Shown in pieces: positions 1-10,070 of a stretch of 64,000 bases of DNA. The position numbers and the translations under genes were made by a program. The stretch lies in contig CAVWHX010000004.1 in assembly GCA_963754925.1 (NCBI GenBank), forward strand, positions 608,001 through 672,000, written 5' to 3'. Each line of letters starts with the position of its first letter. Positions within the stretch are counted from its first letter, which is position 1. Source of the DNA: an uncultured delta proteobacterium. Its GTDB lineage: Bacteria; Myxococcota; B64-G9. The notes beneath the pieces were generated by a model. That model worked only from the letters and a program-made list of their open reading frames with translations. It made no database searches and was not told the DNA's origin.

Positions 1-658
1 TGAACAAATGGGCAGGAAGGCGGTATTGTCCAGCACCTTTCACCACCGCATTTGTCCGATTAAAAAACAAATAAATTTTTTCACCTCCTCGACCCCTGGG
101 GCCAAAAAAATTTGGTTTAAAAGTGACACGGTGTGCAAGAATCGTGTTGTCACCTTCGCTCCTTGTGCCGATCATAAAATACCGAATGCCTGTAAAAGTT
201 AATTAGTACACCCTGTAAAATAGGAGTCAACAGAAAAATACAAAAAAACTATTTTTTTCATTGTTGTTATTAATTATGCAGGGTAATTGACAGTCAAACA
301 AATACATCGCTAAATTATTAAAACATATAAATATCAACGTATTATATCAATTGTGGGTAAGACAAATCACCTAGGTTTACTCAGGATAACTTATATCTAT
401 CATTATAAATATACTGTAATATTATTATGTTAGTGATTTTTTGGCCGCTGGAAAATATTTTTTCTGAGCCTATAGTTAATACACAGGGTGCGATTAGTCA
501 ACACATCAAGTAAAGCAGGTCGCACCTTTGCTAAGTGTCATGACCATGTCGCAGGGTGTGTCGCTATTCAGCTTGGTTGACCTCACGAGACGTACTTTAG
601 AAAGCGGCTGGCCCACGGATGGACCGATGCTTCGCGGGCTTTCGGGTTATTTACAACA

Positions 659-2161
659 TCAAGGAACGCAGGCCGCACCGGTACAGTGCGTCAGAACTGT
701 GGCGCAGGGCACGTCGCCGGCAAGCTTGATGGCGGTGACCGGAACGGCATTGGAAGAAGGCACGACGTTGAGATTTCCCGTTGCCCCGGAGTCGCTACCG
801 AAGATGTAACCGGTCGTCGGGAAGCTTGAGGTGCCGGTGATGGTATTTGCGTCTGTCATGACCATGTTAATAAGCGAAATATTCATGGTAAGACCGGCAA
901 ACGCCCAGATGTTCAACGCCCCGCCAAAGAGGTGAGTATGGAGCGTGACGCCGTAGACACCATCGCCATCCGAATCAACTGCTCCAGAGCAACTCGTCGG
1001 CAAGGTGCCAGGCGAGTATGGATAGGGATCGATCAATGCGCTGGGGGGGGCTGGACAGGTATTGTTTGTCGGAGGCGGTGGCCCACCCCAACCGCTGTTG
1101 ATCGTGAAAGAGGGTAGCGTGAAGGCGCCCCCTGCTTGCACGCACTGATCCGATTGCGACGCTATCGCACTGAAGGTCGCAAGCACCGCCGGCGAATAGT
1201 CGGTGCTAAACGGAATACCGGCGGTGTTGGTGGTGCTCAGAGAGCAAATCTGGAACTGGAAATTAAGGTTAGGGCCGGACGTGGTTGTGAGTATGCGCTG
1301 CACTACATCGATGGTTGCTTTCGTGAGAGTACCAATCGGGGCTGGCGCGGTGATGGTGCCCCCGGTCGTAACGCGAGAAATCCAGGTGCCGGTTTGATCG
1401 ACGCAGTCGGGACAATCGCTATCTTTTGCATGGGTGCAGGTGGCCGGGCAACAGCCGTCGCCGCCCACGCAATCGGTGATCGCCATATCCACGCAGACGG
1501 CCTGACAGCCAGTGCCCTGGAGTTTGACCGGATTGCAAGGATCGGCGCCCGGATTGCAGCTCGTCGGGCAGGCGCCCGGGTGACCAGCAGCGATTGCAAT
1601 GTCGCAGGTCTCGCCATTGTCCAGCACACCGTTGCCGCACAGAGCCGGGTTGGGGCAATCGCTGTCATTCGTATAGGTGCACGCGCTTGGGCAGCAACCG
1701 TCGCTGGTCGTGCCGCTACACTGTGTAATCACCTGAACAACGCACTCAGCTGCGCAGGCGGTGCCTTGGAGCGTTGAAGGGTGGCAGCCATCAACAGCTG
1801 TGCAACTGGTCGGGCAGGCGCCTGGTTGACCCGCGGCGATTCCAATATCGCAGGTCTCACCGGTTTCTTTGACACGGTTACCGCAGCAGGGTGCAATCGG
1901 GGTGTTTTGGCAGGAAGCGACACACGTACCGCCGTTCTGCAGTGTCGATGTGGTGCAGGAGTCGGGAGGCGTGCAACTAGTCGGGCAGGCGCCTGGTTGG
2001 CCCGCGGCGATTCCGGTATCGCAGGTTTCACCCATTTCGACCACGCCGTTGCCGCAAGTAGCATCGCCCCCAAGGGGCGCGTAATCATCACACGCAAAAA
2101 GGAACGCCACACTTAAAAAGCATACCATTCCTACCAATCGAGCTTTTCCGCCGTCCGTCAT
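659..2161 (-). CDS. Cys-rich repeat lipoprotein (Myxococcus-type CGNG..GETCD repeats) with uncharacterised C-terminal beta-rich domain
   Basis: ATG at 2161 with AGGAGG RBS; lipobox FLFAC; three CGN(G/R)xxExGETCDxGI repeats and DGCCP motifs. Confidence 0.8.
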   Translation of the reverse strand: MTDGGKARLVGMVCFLSVAFLFACDDYAPLGGDATCGNGVVEMGETCDTGIAAGQPGACPTSCTPPDSCTTSTLQNGGTCVASCQNTPIAPCCGNRVKETGETCDIGIAAGQPGACPTSCTAVDGCHPSTLQGTACAAECVVQVITQCSGTTSDGCCPSACTYTNDSDCPNPALCGNGVLDNGETCDIAIAAGHPGACPTSCNPGADPCNPVKLQGTGCQAVCVDMAITDCVGGDGCCPATCTHAKDSDCPDCVDQTGTWISRVTTGGTITAPAPIGTLTKATIDVVQRILTTTSGPNLNFQFQICSLSTTNTAGIPFSTDYSPAVLATFSAIASQSDQCVQAGGAFTLPSFTINSGWGGPPPPTNNTCPAPPSALIDPYPYSPGTLPTSCSGAVDSDGDGVYGVTLHTHLFGGALNIWAFAGLTMNISLINMVMTDANTITGTSSFPTTGYIFGSDSGATGNLNVVPSSNAVPVTAIKLAGDVPCATVLTHCTGAACVP

Positions 2162-2501
2162 TGCATTCCTCCTGAGCACGATCTACTTAACCATTTGACT
2201 ATTATGTATAATTTAGATATCGATGGGAAGAGGGTTATTTTATTTTTTTTGGAAACTGACAGAACCCACCTCATTGTAATTACTATAAATTGTAAAAGGT
2301 TATAACCGCAGTGTCAATGGAAAAGTCTAGTGCCAACACAACAATTGATTTACCAATGAATTCAATGGGTTGACATGGGTTCCGATTTAACTTTAAAAAT
2401 GCCAACAAAACAGGTGGGTTATACCCTAGAATGCCCATCGAAAGGAAGGCGCCTGTTCGAGATTAAATTGATGTTGTTGGAAGCTACGTTAGCTTCGGAC
2501 A

Positions 2502-3728
2502 TCAAGGAACGCAGGTTGCACCCATGCAGCGCGTCAGGACTGTGGCGCTGGGAACATTGCCAATCAGTTTGATCAAATTGACCGGAATGGAGCCTGCGTT
2601 GGGCGTGACCGCTATCGGTCCGTGTACGTTTAAATTTAAACTGCCGTAATATGTAGAGAAGACATAACCGGTTGCTGAAAATCTTCGGTTCCAGCCATAT
2701 TATTCGTGGTCTGCAAGATCACATTTGCAAATATTGTAGTAAAGGTAAGGCCGGAGTAGGCGTTGGCGGTAAGTCCGCTGGCAGTGATCGGCAGTGTTAT
2801 GCCGGGGTGTCCATCACCGTCTGGATCACCAACGACCTGAGGCGATTGTGTCGAGTTATTCCAACCGCTTATGATTACAAAATCGGGAAGCGTAACAGCG
2901 CCGCCGATATATGCGGAGAAGGCCTATTCCGTTGGGATCGTGGTGAAGAGCGACAGCAGCGAATTGTAGTTGATCGAAAACGAATAACCGGAGATCGTGC
3001 CGGTTGTACTTAGTTTGCAAATGTCGAACAGGGCGGTAATAATGTCGCTGGACTTCTTAACGACTATTCGATGAATTAAGTCGATGTTGGCGTTAGTGTC
3101 GTTTCCGATCGGCGTATTTATGGTGCCCGTGGTTGAGATGCGTGAAATCCAGGTGCCGGTCAGCCGGTCAGATCGACACAGTCGTTATCGTTGCTCGATG
3201 TACAACCGGCGGGACAGCAGCCGTCGCCGTTAGTGCAAGTGGTTATGGCCGCGTGCGTACAGGCGGCAAGGCAGGTACCGCCGTTTTGTAACGTGTCGGT
3301 GGTGCACGCGTTGCCGTCGTTGCAATTGGTCGGGTATGCGCCCGAATGACCCGCGGCGATTCCGGTGTCGCAAGTCTCGGCGCCGGTGACAAAACCATCG
3401 CCGCAGACCGTGTTGCAATCGTTGTCGTTTCCGGCGCTGCAACCGCTCGGACAACAACTATCGTTGTTTATACAAACCGTAACGGGAGTATGGGTGCATA
3501 TGGCAGCGCAGGTGCCCGCATTTTGTAAGGCGTCTATTGTGCAACCATTACCATCGTTGCAGGTTGTTGGGCACGCGCCCGGCTGCCACGCAGCGATTCC
3601 CGTATCGCAGGCCTCGCCGACCTCGAGTATGCCGTTGCCGCAGACAGGGGGACAATCGTTATCTTGGTTGTTGTTGCAGAGGGGGGATTATCACTGTCGT
3701 CTTTCGGGCAGCAGCCATCGTTGCCGTC
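2502..3728 (-). pseudogene. Start-less, disrupted paralog of the 659-2161 lipoprotein (Cys repeats plus the same C-terminal domain)
   Basis: Manual translation gives DGCCP/CGNGILEVGEACDTGI repeats, TGTWISR and C-terminus KLIGNVPSATVLTRCMGATCVP* (paralog KLAGDVPCATVLTHCTGAACVP*); 8-bp duplication at 3156-3171, in-frame TAG near 2925, further 1-bp shifts. Confidence 0.8.
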
Positions 3729-3858
3729 CCTAAGTCTCTGGGCAGAACGCTTGTCTTGGTAAATCGGACTGTTACCCCTTTGTCCAATTTGGGTAAAATA
3801 AGTACCGGTTCATATAAACCGGATCTTGAGAACAACCGAAAGGCTAAAATCAAAAATA

Positions 3859-5689
3859 TTACTTTGATCTGACGAAGCGGAAGCCTGTAAAGTTTTCGTT
3901 CGTTGTACGGGGCGTCGCTGACTGGGCCGCCTACCTCTAGGTTAGGAGCGCCACGAAACCAGTCACCGCCGCGATCCACACGGCCTGGACCGCTCCCATT
4001 CCATTCAAAGCACCATTCAGCCACATTGCCGCTCATGTCATATATTCCCAGGGTGTTAGCGGTTTTGCCTGCCACCGGTTGGGTTGTTATTGTGTTACCC
4101 GTCACTTGGTCAGTACTGTCCCCAAACCATGCGACAGCATTATCAGCGTTAAAGTTGGTATAATCCGCTGTCGCTCCGCTGGCATAAGCCCCCGGTGTCC
4201 AATAAATGCCAGTATTTAGTATGCCCCACCCTGGATTGGTCGTGCCTATATATCTAGCCGCGCACTCCCATTCCATACTTCCCGGCAGTTGAAACCCATT
4301 GGCATCGGAGTTGACATAGGGATTGTCCTCATGACCTGCGGTAGTATCAATAGCGCCATTATCCACGCTCCTGATCGGAGTGGTATAACCTGCATCAGTA
4401 TAATACACCGGTGTAAGCCCCGCCAACTCGCTGGCGGCATTACACCAGGCTATGGCGTCCCGCCAGTTAATGGTAGTTACGGGTTGCTGCGTACTTCCCG
4501 AACCAGTACTACCGAGGTATCCACTATTGGCAAATGTATAGTTGTGTGACATAGCCCAGGTGTACACGGCACTCCACAACTCGTAGGTCACCTCGGTCTC
4601 ACCCATCCAGAACGCGCTTACCGTTTGGTTACCTGCTGTGTCAGAAGTGCCGGTAGGAAATGTACCTCCCGGTGCATACTTCATGTTGAAAGTGACGCCT
4701 GCTATGGAAGTAGGGCAGCAGCCACCGCCGGTCGCACAGGCCGTAATTGATGTATTCACACATTGGGCCGTGCAGGTGCCGGCGTTTTGAAGTGTCGAGG
4801 TGGTGCAGGAGTTAGGAGCCGTGCAGCTTGACGGACAGGCGCCGGTCTGGCCAGCAGGGATTGCTTTATCGCAGGTCTCACCGGTCTCGACTATGCCGTT
4901 GCCGCAGCAGGGCGTGATAGGCGTATTGACGCACTGGGCCGTGCAGGTGCCGGCGTTTTGAAGCGTCGAGGTGGTGCAGGAGTAAGGAGCCGTGCAGCTC
5001 GTCGGGCACGCGCCCGGCTGGCCCGCGGCGATTCCGGTGTCGCAGGTCTCCCCAGCCGATACCACTCCATCGCCGCACGTCACTGGACAATCGCTGTCTG
5101 TGAGGATAGTGCAACCGGTTGGGCAGCAACCGTCGTCGTTTATACAGGTTAGCGGACATTCATTTATCGCGATAGGGTGCGAAAATGTATAACCCACGTC
5201 GTCGAGTCTGGTCGAATCCTTGCCGTGCCTGGTGTAATCCATCACCGTGACTTTAATCGAGAGCGTCTCGTTATCTTCAGTTGGTTGGCTTGGAACCGAC
5301 ACAACATTATTCTCCACGCGGTTCGTGAGATAGGCTTTGCTGCTGTCAGTTGCGTCCGGTTTAAAGGTCAGCCAACTCAACTTTCCTCCCATATCATTGA
5401 CGATTGTAAAATCTTCCCACGTGTACGGAGGGATACCCCCACTTGCATCCAGCTCAACACTATAATTATTTTGCCCCACATTCGGATCTTTCCAATCCGT
5501 GACCGTTATCGTCAAGGGAGCTACCAGCACACACTTGCCACAGGTATCCATAGAACAGGAGTGCAGGCCCGCGGAAGTGGTCAGACATTGGTCATTGCTC
5601 GTACAGCAATAATTATCGTTAGTAGAGCAACCTGCTCCACCTATCAGCATCATTGCCATCATAGAACCCGCTAATAGAAAGTTTCTCAT
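3859..5689 (-). CDS. Cys-rich repeat lipoprotein with C-terminal FGE-sulfatase (C-type lectin fold) domain; 1-bp frameshift near the 3' end
   Basis: Lipobox GAGC; Cys repeats; FGE motifs ETEVT, PVTTINWRDAIAWCN, LGIYDMSGNVAEWC, RGGDW; canonical GFRFVRSK* end lies in a shifted frame (stop 3859-3861). Confidence 0.8.
4764..5000. repeat. Near-identical intragenic repeat copies, 171-bp (57-aa) period
   Basis: tgggccgtgcaggtgccggcgttttgaag.gtcgaggtggtgcaggagt starts at 4764 and 4935. Confidence 0.85.
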
Positions 5690-5882
5690 AGACTTTGCTC
5701 CACAGAGGTGTGTACCGGCGTTTTCGATCGTTCGAAAATCAACAAATTTTGTAATCTTTTTAATACCTTCGACCCTATGAAAAATCAAGACGTATCTCTG
5801 TTGCTTGTATCGTATAGAGTCGTGTAACTTAGCGTCGCCATTTAGCTGAAAAGTCGGGTAAATTTATCTATGGCCGTCCCGA

Positions 5883-5898
5883 AGCAATAGCTATGCCA
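5883..5898 (-). promoter_or_regulatory. sigma54 -24/-12 promoter for the Cys-rich/FGE lipoprotein
   Basis: Minus strand TGGCATAGCTATTGCT (GG-N10-GC) with an AT-rich tract upstream at about 5930-5960. Confidence 0.65.
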
Positions 5899-6287
5899 GT
5901 GGCGATGGGAGAGAAGAGGATCCGCACATTTATTTATAACATATTATTATAGAATTATTTTGGGGGTTTCGCTCACCGCGATTGAATTGCATGTCGTATT
6001 GTCTGTCAATCATGTTTACTGTCCGAATATCAGTCAGGGCTGCCCGGGTTTGGGACGTTAGCCGTTTGCGGACAGCTGTAAAGCCTGTCCCTGCCTTCTA
6101 GCACGAATCACCAAGGAGCCGTTTGTAGAATGCTTTCCTAAGCGCGGGACGAAATCGATCGTGGAACTCGGAAAGACATCGGGTGTAATAGGGATCGTAT
6201 TGTCTTCCTTTTCTTGACACTCTGACAAGTTACGACAATAAATGACGAACGTTGTTTACCAGCCCGTTCGGACGTGAGGAGACATTG

Positions 6288-7835
6288 ATGCGTCGCACAA
6301 CATCCAAGGCCAAGCCAACAAGAGCCACAGCGCCTCGTTCAACCCGCCAGCCAGTGCGATATCCACGTATGAAAATAGTCATCACTGCGTCCGAAGCGGT
6401 ACCCTATGCCAAAGTGGGCGGATTGGGAGACGTCGTCGGAACGCTGCCTAAGTTGCTTGCCGCGATGGGACACGAGGTCATTCTGGTTATTCCCAAGTAC
6501 CAGGAAATCGAATACCAGCGACACGGCTTCAATCCTTTCATAGGAAGCATGGGGGTCCAGACCGGCAACGGTGTCGAATGGTGCAAGGTGCACATGCGCA
6601 ACGACCCGTGCGGCTTTAAGGTCTTTCTCATCGAGCACCATCTGTACTTTTCGCGGCCAGGAATCTACGACCACGATGGTCGCGCCTTCGATGACAATGG
6701 CTTGCGCTTTGCCTTTTTTTGCATGGCGGTCTTGCAATTGTGCCGCGATCTTAATTTCTTCGCGGACGTTATCCACTGCCACGACTGGCCGACCGCGTTG
6801 ATTCCAGCCCTTTTGAAGATCCAGTGCGGAAACGATCCGGTACTCGGGTATACCGGATCGGTCCTCACCATTCACAACCTGGCGTACCAGGGCAAGTTGC
6901 CGTCTTCGGCCTTTGCTTACGCCAGATTTCCCCCGTCGACCTGGAACCCCCAGATCTTTGAGGACCACGGTCAAATCAATTTTCTCAAGGGCGGTATCAC
7001 GTTCGCTGATGTGCTCAACACCGTGAGCCCTACGTACGCGCGCGAGATTTTGAGCGATGTGGGCGGGGTCGGACTCGACCGACACCTGGCCGACCGTCAG
7101 GCAGATCTCCATGGCATTCTCAACGGCGCCGATTATAACGAATGGAACCCGGAGATAGACGCCTTCATCCCCGCTCACTACTCCCGCAACAATATGGCCG
7201 GCAAAAAGCGTTGCAAGGCTTCGTTGCAAAAGGATTTTAGACTGACTCTCGATCCGAACGCTCCGGTGTGCGGCGTAGTGGCGCGGCTCACCGATCAGAA
7301 AGGAATCCACCTCATCGCCAACGCGGTCGGCGCGATCACCGGCATGGGCGGGCAACTAGTGGTGCTCGGGACCGGTAAAAAACAGCTTGAGGATTTCTTT
7401 CGCTGGGTGCCGAGCCACTACCCCGGCCAGGTGGGTTCCCTGATAGGCTTCGACAACTACCGCGCCCACTTGATCGAGGCGGGCAGCGACCTGTATCTCA
7501 TGCCGTCGCTGTTCGAACCATGCGGGCTGAACCAACTCTACGCTCTCCGCTATGGAACGATACCGGTGGTGCGGGCCACCGGCGGGCTTGAAGATACGGT
7601 GACTGAATACGATCCCGTCACCGGCACGGGAACGGGTTTTAAATTTCACGATATTTCTCTCGGATCGTTTGTCGGCGCTATTTCACGGGCGATGCATATT
7701 TACCGACACCGGCCCCAGCAGTTCGCGGCAATGCAAAGGCGCGCTATGGACATGCGCTTCACCTGGGAGCAGTCGGTCAAACGGTACCTCGAGCTCTACC
7801 AATGGGCCGTTGCCAAGCGAAAGGTTTGGCGGTGA
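6288..7835 (+). CDS. glgA: Glycogen synthase
   Basis: KVGGLGDV, HCHDWP, TIHNLAYQG, PSLFEPCGLNQ, RATGGL motifs; GAGGAG RBS. Confidence 0.95.
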   Translation: MRRTTSKAKPTRATAPRSTRQPVRYPRMKIVITASEAVPYAKVGGLGDVVGTLPKLLAAMGHEVILVIPKYQEIEYQRHGFNPFIGSMGVQTGNGVEWCKVHMRNDPCGFKVFLIEHHLYFSRPGIYDHDGRAFDDNGLRFAFFCMAVLQLCRDLNFFADVIHCHDWPTALIPALLKIQCGNDPVLGYTGSVLTIHNLAYQGKLPSSAFAYARFPPSTWNPQIFEDHGQINFLKGGITFADVLNTVSPTYAREILSDVGGVGLDRHLADRQADLHGILNGADYNEWNPEIDAFIPAHYSRNNMAGKKRCKASLQKDFRLTLDPNAPVCGVVARLTDQKGIHLIANAVGAITGMGGQLVVLGTGKKQLEDFFRWVPSHYPGQVGSLIGFDNYRAHLIEAGSDLYLMPSLFEPCGLNQLYALRYGTIPVVRATGGLEDTVTEYDPVTGTGTGFKFHDISLGSFVGAISRAMHIYRHRPQQFAAMQRRAMDMRFTWEQSVKRYLELYQWAVAKRKVWR

Positions 7836-8683
7836 GCGTTCTTATGCATCTTATCCGTGCCGGAATCCAGGCAACGCTTGCCCTCGATCTCGCGGTGGGC
7901 GCCGCAGCGGCCGCATCCACGACCCCGTGCGGGCCAGAAATTCCCGCAATGGCCTGTATTCCAGCCGGTGAGTTTATCCGCGGATCAACGAGCGGCCCGG
8001 CCGACGAACGTCCGGCTGAGAAGATTTACCTCAAAGCTTTTTACATGGACATCTATGAAGTCACCTTCTCTGAATATCAGGCATGCGTAACGGTAAAGAA
8101 ATGTCGCAGGGCCCGCCCTAACTATGAAGGATTTTCCGAGGCCAAGCAGCCAATGACCGGCGTATCCTGGTTCGGCGCGGATGAGTTTTGCCGCGCTCAC
8201 GGCAAGCGCCTGCCCACCGAGGCCGAGTGGGAAAAGGCCGCGCGCACGGAAGACGGACGCATATTCCCCTGGGGCAACGAGCCTGCCACGTGTGAGCGGG
8301 CCATCATCAAGGATGCCGCGGTCACCGGCTGCGGCACCGGCAAGGTGTGGCCGGTCGGTTCGCGGCCGCCGAACCCGTACGGACTCTACGATATGGCCGG
8401 CAACTCTTTGGAATGGGTGGCGGATTGGTATAGTCCCAGTTACCAGGCCTGCGGAAACGCCTGCCGCGGCAAGAACCCGGCCGGTCCCTGCGGCGGTAAG
8501 TTCCCCTGTCCCGGCAGTGACATGAAGGTGGTGCGCGGCGGCTCGTGGTTTTGGCCGGCCGAGTATGCCACGACGACCAAACGCCGGGCCCACTATCCAG
8601 AGAACAAGCCGTTCCACCACTTTGGGTTCAGGTGCGCAAAGGACGCGGTCGACGTGAAAAAAGCAACTGATTCAAACCCGTAA
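7832..8683 (+). CDS. FGE-sulfatase (SUMF1-like) domain protein
   Basis: RLPTEAEWEKAAR, PNPYGLYDMAGN, VVRGGSW, GFRCA; GTG start overlaps glgA stop. Confidence 0.85.
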   Translation: MSVLMHLIRAGIQATLALDLAVGAAAAASTTPCGPEIPAMACIPAGEFIRGSTSGPADERPAEKIYLKAFYMDIYEVTFSEYQACVTVKKCRRARPNYEGFSEAKQPMTGVSWFGADEFCRAHGKRLPTEAEWEKAARTEDGRIFPWGNEPATCERAIIKDAAVTGCGTGKVWPVGSRPPNPYGLYDMAGNSLEWVADWYSPSYQACGNACRGKNPAGPCGGKFPCPGSDMKVVRGGSWFWPAEYATTTKRRAHYPENKPFHHFGFRCAKDAVDVKKATDSNP

Positions 8684-10070
8684 GGCCGATAAAGAACGCC
8701 ACACCCACGATGAAGTTGGTAAGGTCGGTGACCAGACCCAATATGAGCACCACTATCCCGACCGTGAGGAAAAATAACGGGGTATAGGGATAGGCAAACG
8801 ATCGGTAGGGACTTCGCAGCTTGAGTTTGTGACGGAAAATGAATACCAATGAAATCGTGATGCAGCACAGCAGGAGCATAACCGAGCCGGTGAGGGTCAT
8901 GAGATATTGAAATTTTTCGGTCAGCACGAGAACCGTCGTCAACAATCCCTGAACCACCAACGCCACCACGGGCGTTCGATTTATCGGGTGAGTATCGGCC
9001 ATCTTGCTCCAGAGATAACCGTCCCTGGCCATCGCGAGGCAGATCCGCGAGCCCGCCATGGTGGTGACGTTGATGCCGCCGGTGAGCGCCATGGCCATCA
9101 ATACCGCAAAGACGCTTGCCCCGGCAGGACCGAAGAGATACTGGGCGACCACCACCCCGACATTGGACACCTCCGGCAGCTTTTGCAGCGGAACTACAGC
9201 GACAAATGCCATGTTCAGAATCAGGTAGATCGCGGTGGCAATAGCCAGCGCCGCCATAATGGCGGCCGGGATAGTCCGGCCCGGCGTGCGCACTTCTCCG
9301 CCTATGTAAACGAGAACATTCCAGCCGGTGTACGTGAAAAATACCGCGCAGAAGGCGGCCGCGATATTTTCCAGCTCGATCTGCGGCGCTATCGGCGCGA
9401 CCGTCTGCGCCGACGACGTAAGGTCAACGTGGCCGGACAGCAACGCCCAAAAACCTACCGCCAAGAAAACCGCTATTGGCGTCCACGTCAACACCATTTG
9501 AAACAAACCGGAGAGGGAGACGCTGCGACAATTGATTAAGGTTGTGATCCAAATCACGCCAACGGCGAGCACATGACCCCAGGTGAGGACGAACGAACCA
9601 ACCGCTACTATCGGCCACGCCAGCCAACCCCCGATAGCGGTCGAGGACAAGGTCTCTATCATGCCAGCCGCAAAGGCCGCTATCGAGCCCGAGAATCCCG
9701 CAAAGAACGACATCCAACCCCAGGCGAAGGCCACCGGCCGACCAAATGCCTTATCCAGAAAGACGTACTCGCCACCCGCTTGTGGAAACAGCGATCCAAG
9801 TTCGGCGTACACCTGCGCCCCGGCGGCGGCAACCACTCCGCCGAGAACCCAAAATCCGAGGTATACCAATACCGTGGGGGACGCTTTGGCGACTATCTGC
9901 GGATTGAGGAAAATGCCGACGCCGATGATGCTTCCCAGCACCAAAGCCATCGAGGATCCAAGCCCGAGTGTGCGTTTGTCTTCCACGCCAAGGCTTCGTA
10001 CACAAGGCGTCGGTTGTTCCGACACGGTCACGGCGGCCGGAACCGAACTCGATGAGACGTTGGAGTTCAC
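8628..10070 (-). CDS. APC-family amino acid permease
   Basis: GSIIGVGIF, YAELGSLFPQAGGEY, FTYTGW motifs; about 12 TM segments. Confidence 0.9.
   Translation of the reverse strand: MNSNVSSSSVPAAVTVSEQPTPCVRSLGVEDKRTLGLGSSMALVLGSIIGVGIFLNPQIVAKASPTVLVYLGFWVLGGVVAAAGAQVYAELGSLFPQAGGEYVFLDKAFGRPVAFAWGWMSFFAGFSGSIAAFAAGMIETLSSTAIGGWLAWPIVAVGSFVLTWGHVLAVGVIWITTLINCRSVSLSGLFQMVLTWTPIAVFLAVGFWALLSGHVDLTSSAQTVAPIAPQIELENIAAAFCAVFFTYTGWNVLVYIGGEVRTPGRTIPAAIMAALAIATAIYLILNMAFVAVVPLQKLPEVSNVGVVVAQYLFGPAGASVFAVLMAMALTGGINVTTMAGSRICLAMARDGYLWSKMADTHPINRTPVVALVVQGLLTTVLVLTEKFQYLMTLTGSVMLLLCCITISLVFIFRHKLKLRSPYRSFAYPYTPLFFLTVGIVVLILGLVTDLTNFIVGVAFFIGLTGLNQLLFSRRPRPLRT

Noticed and set aside
1..530. AT-rich tract with an IHF-like match (TATCAACGTATTA near 332) and a short ORF at 8-202
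   Set aside because: No supportable gene or RNA; probably regulatory DNA for a gene outside the window
3659..3858. C-terminal extension of the 709-aa ORF in the track
   Set aside because: Read-through caused by one extra base; the canonical GFR terminus stops at 3859
6339..7355. Long antisense ORFs (here and at 40843-41793, 32430-33161)
   Set aside because: Shadow ORFs opposite well-supported genes in GC-rich DNA, with no recognisable motifs
7832..8683. Second FGE gene as DGR template or partner of the 3859-3990 region
   Set aside because: No nucleotide-level similarity beyond family motifs
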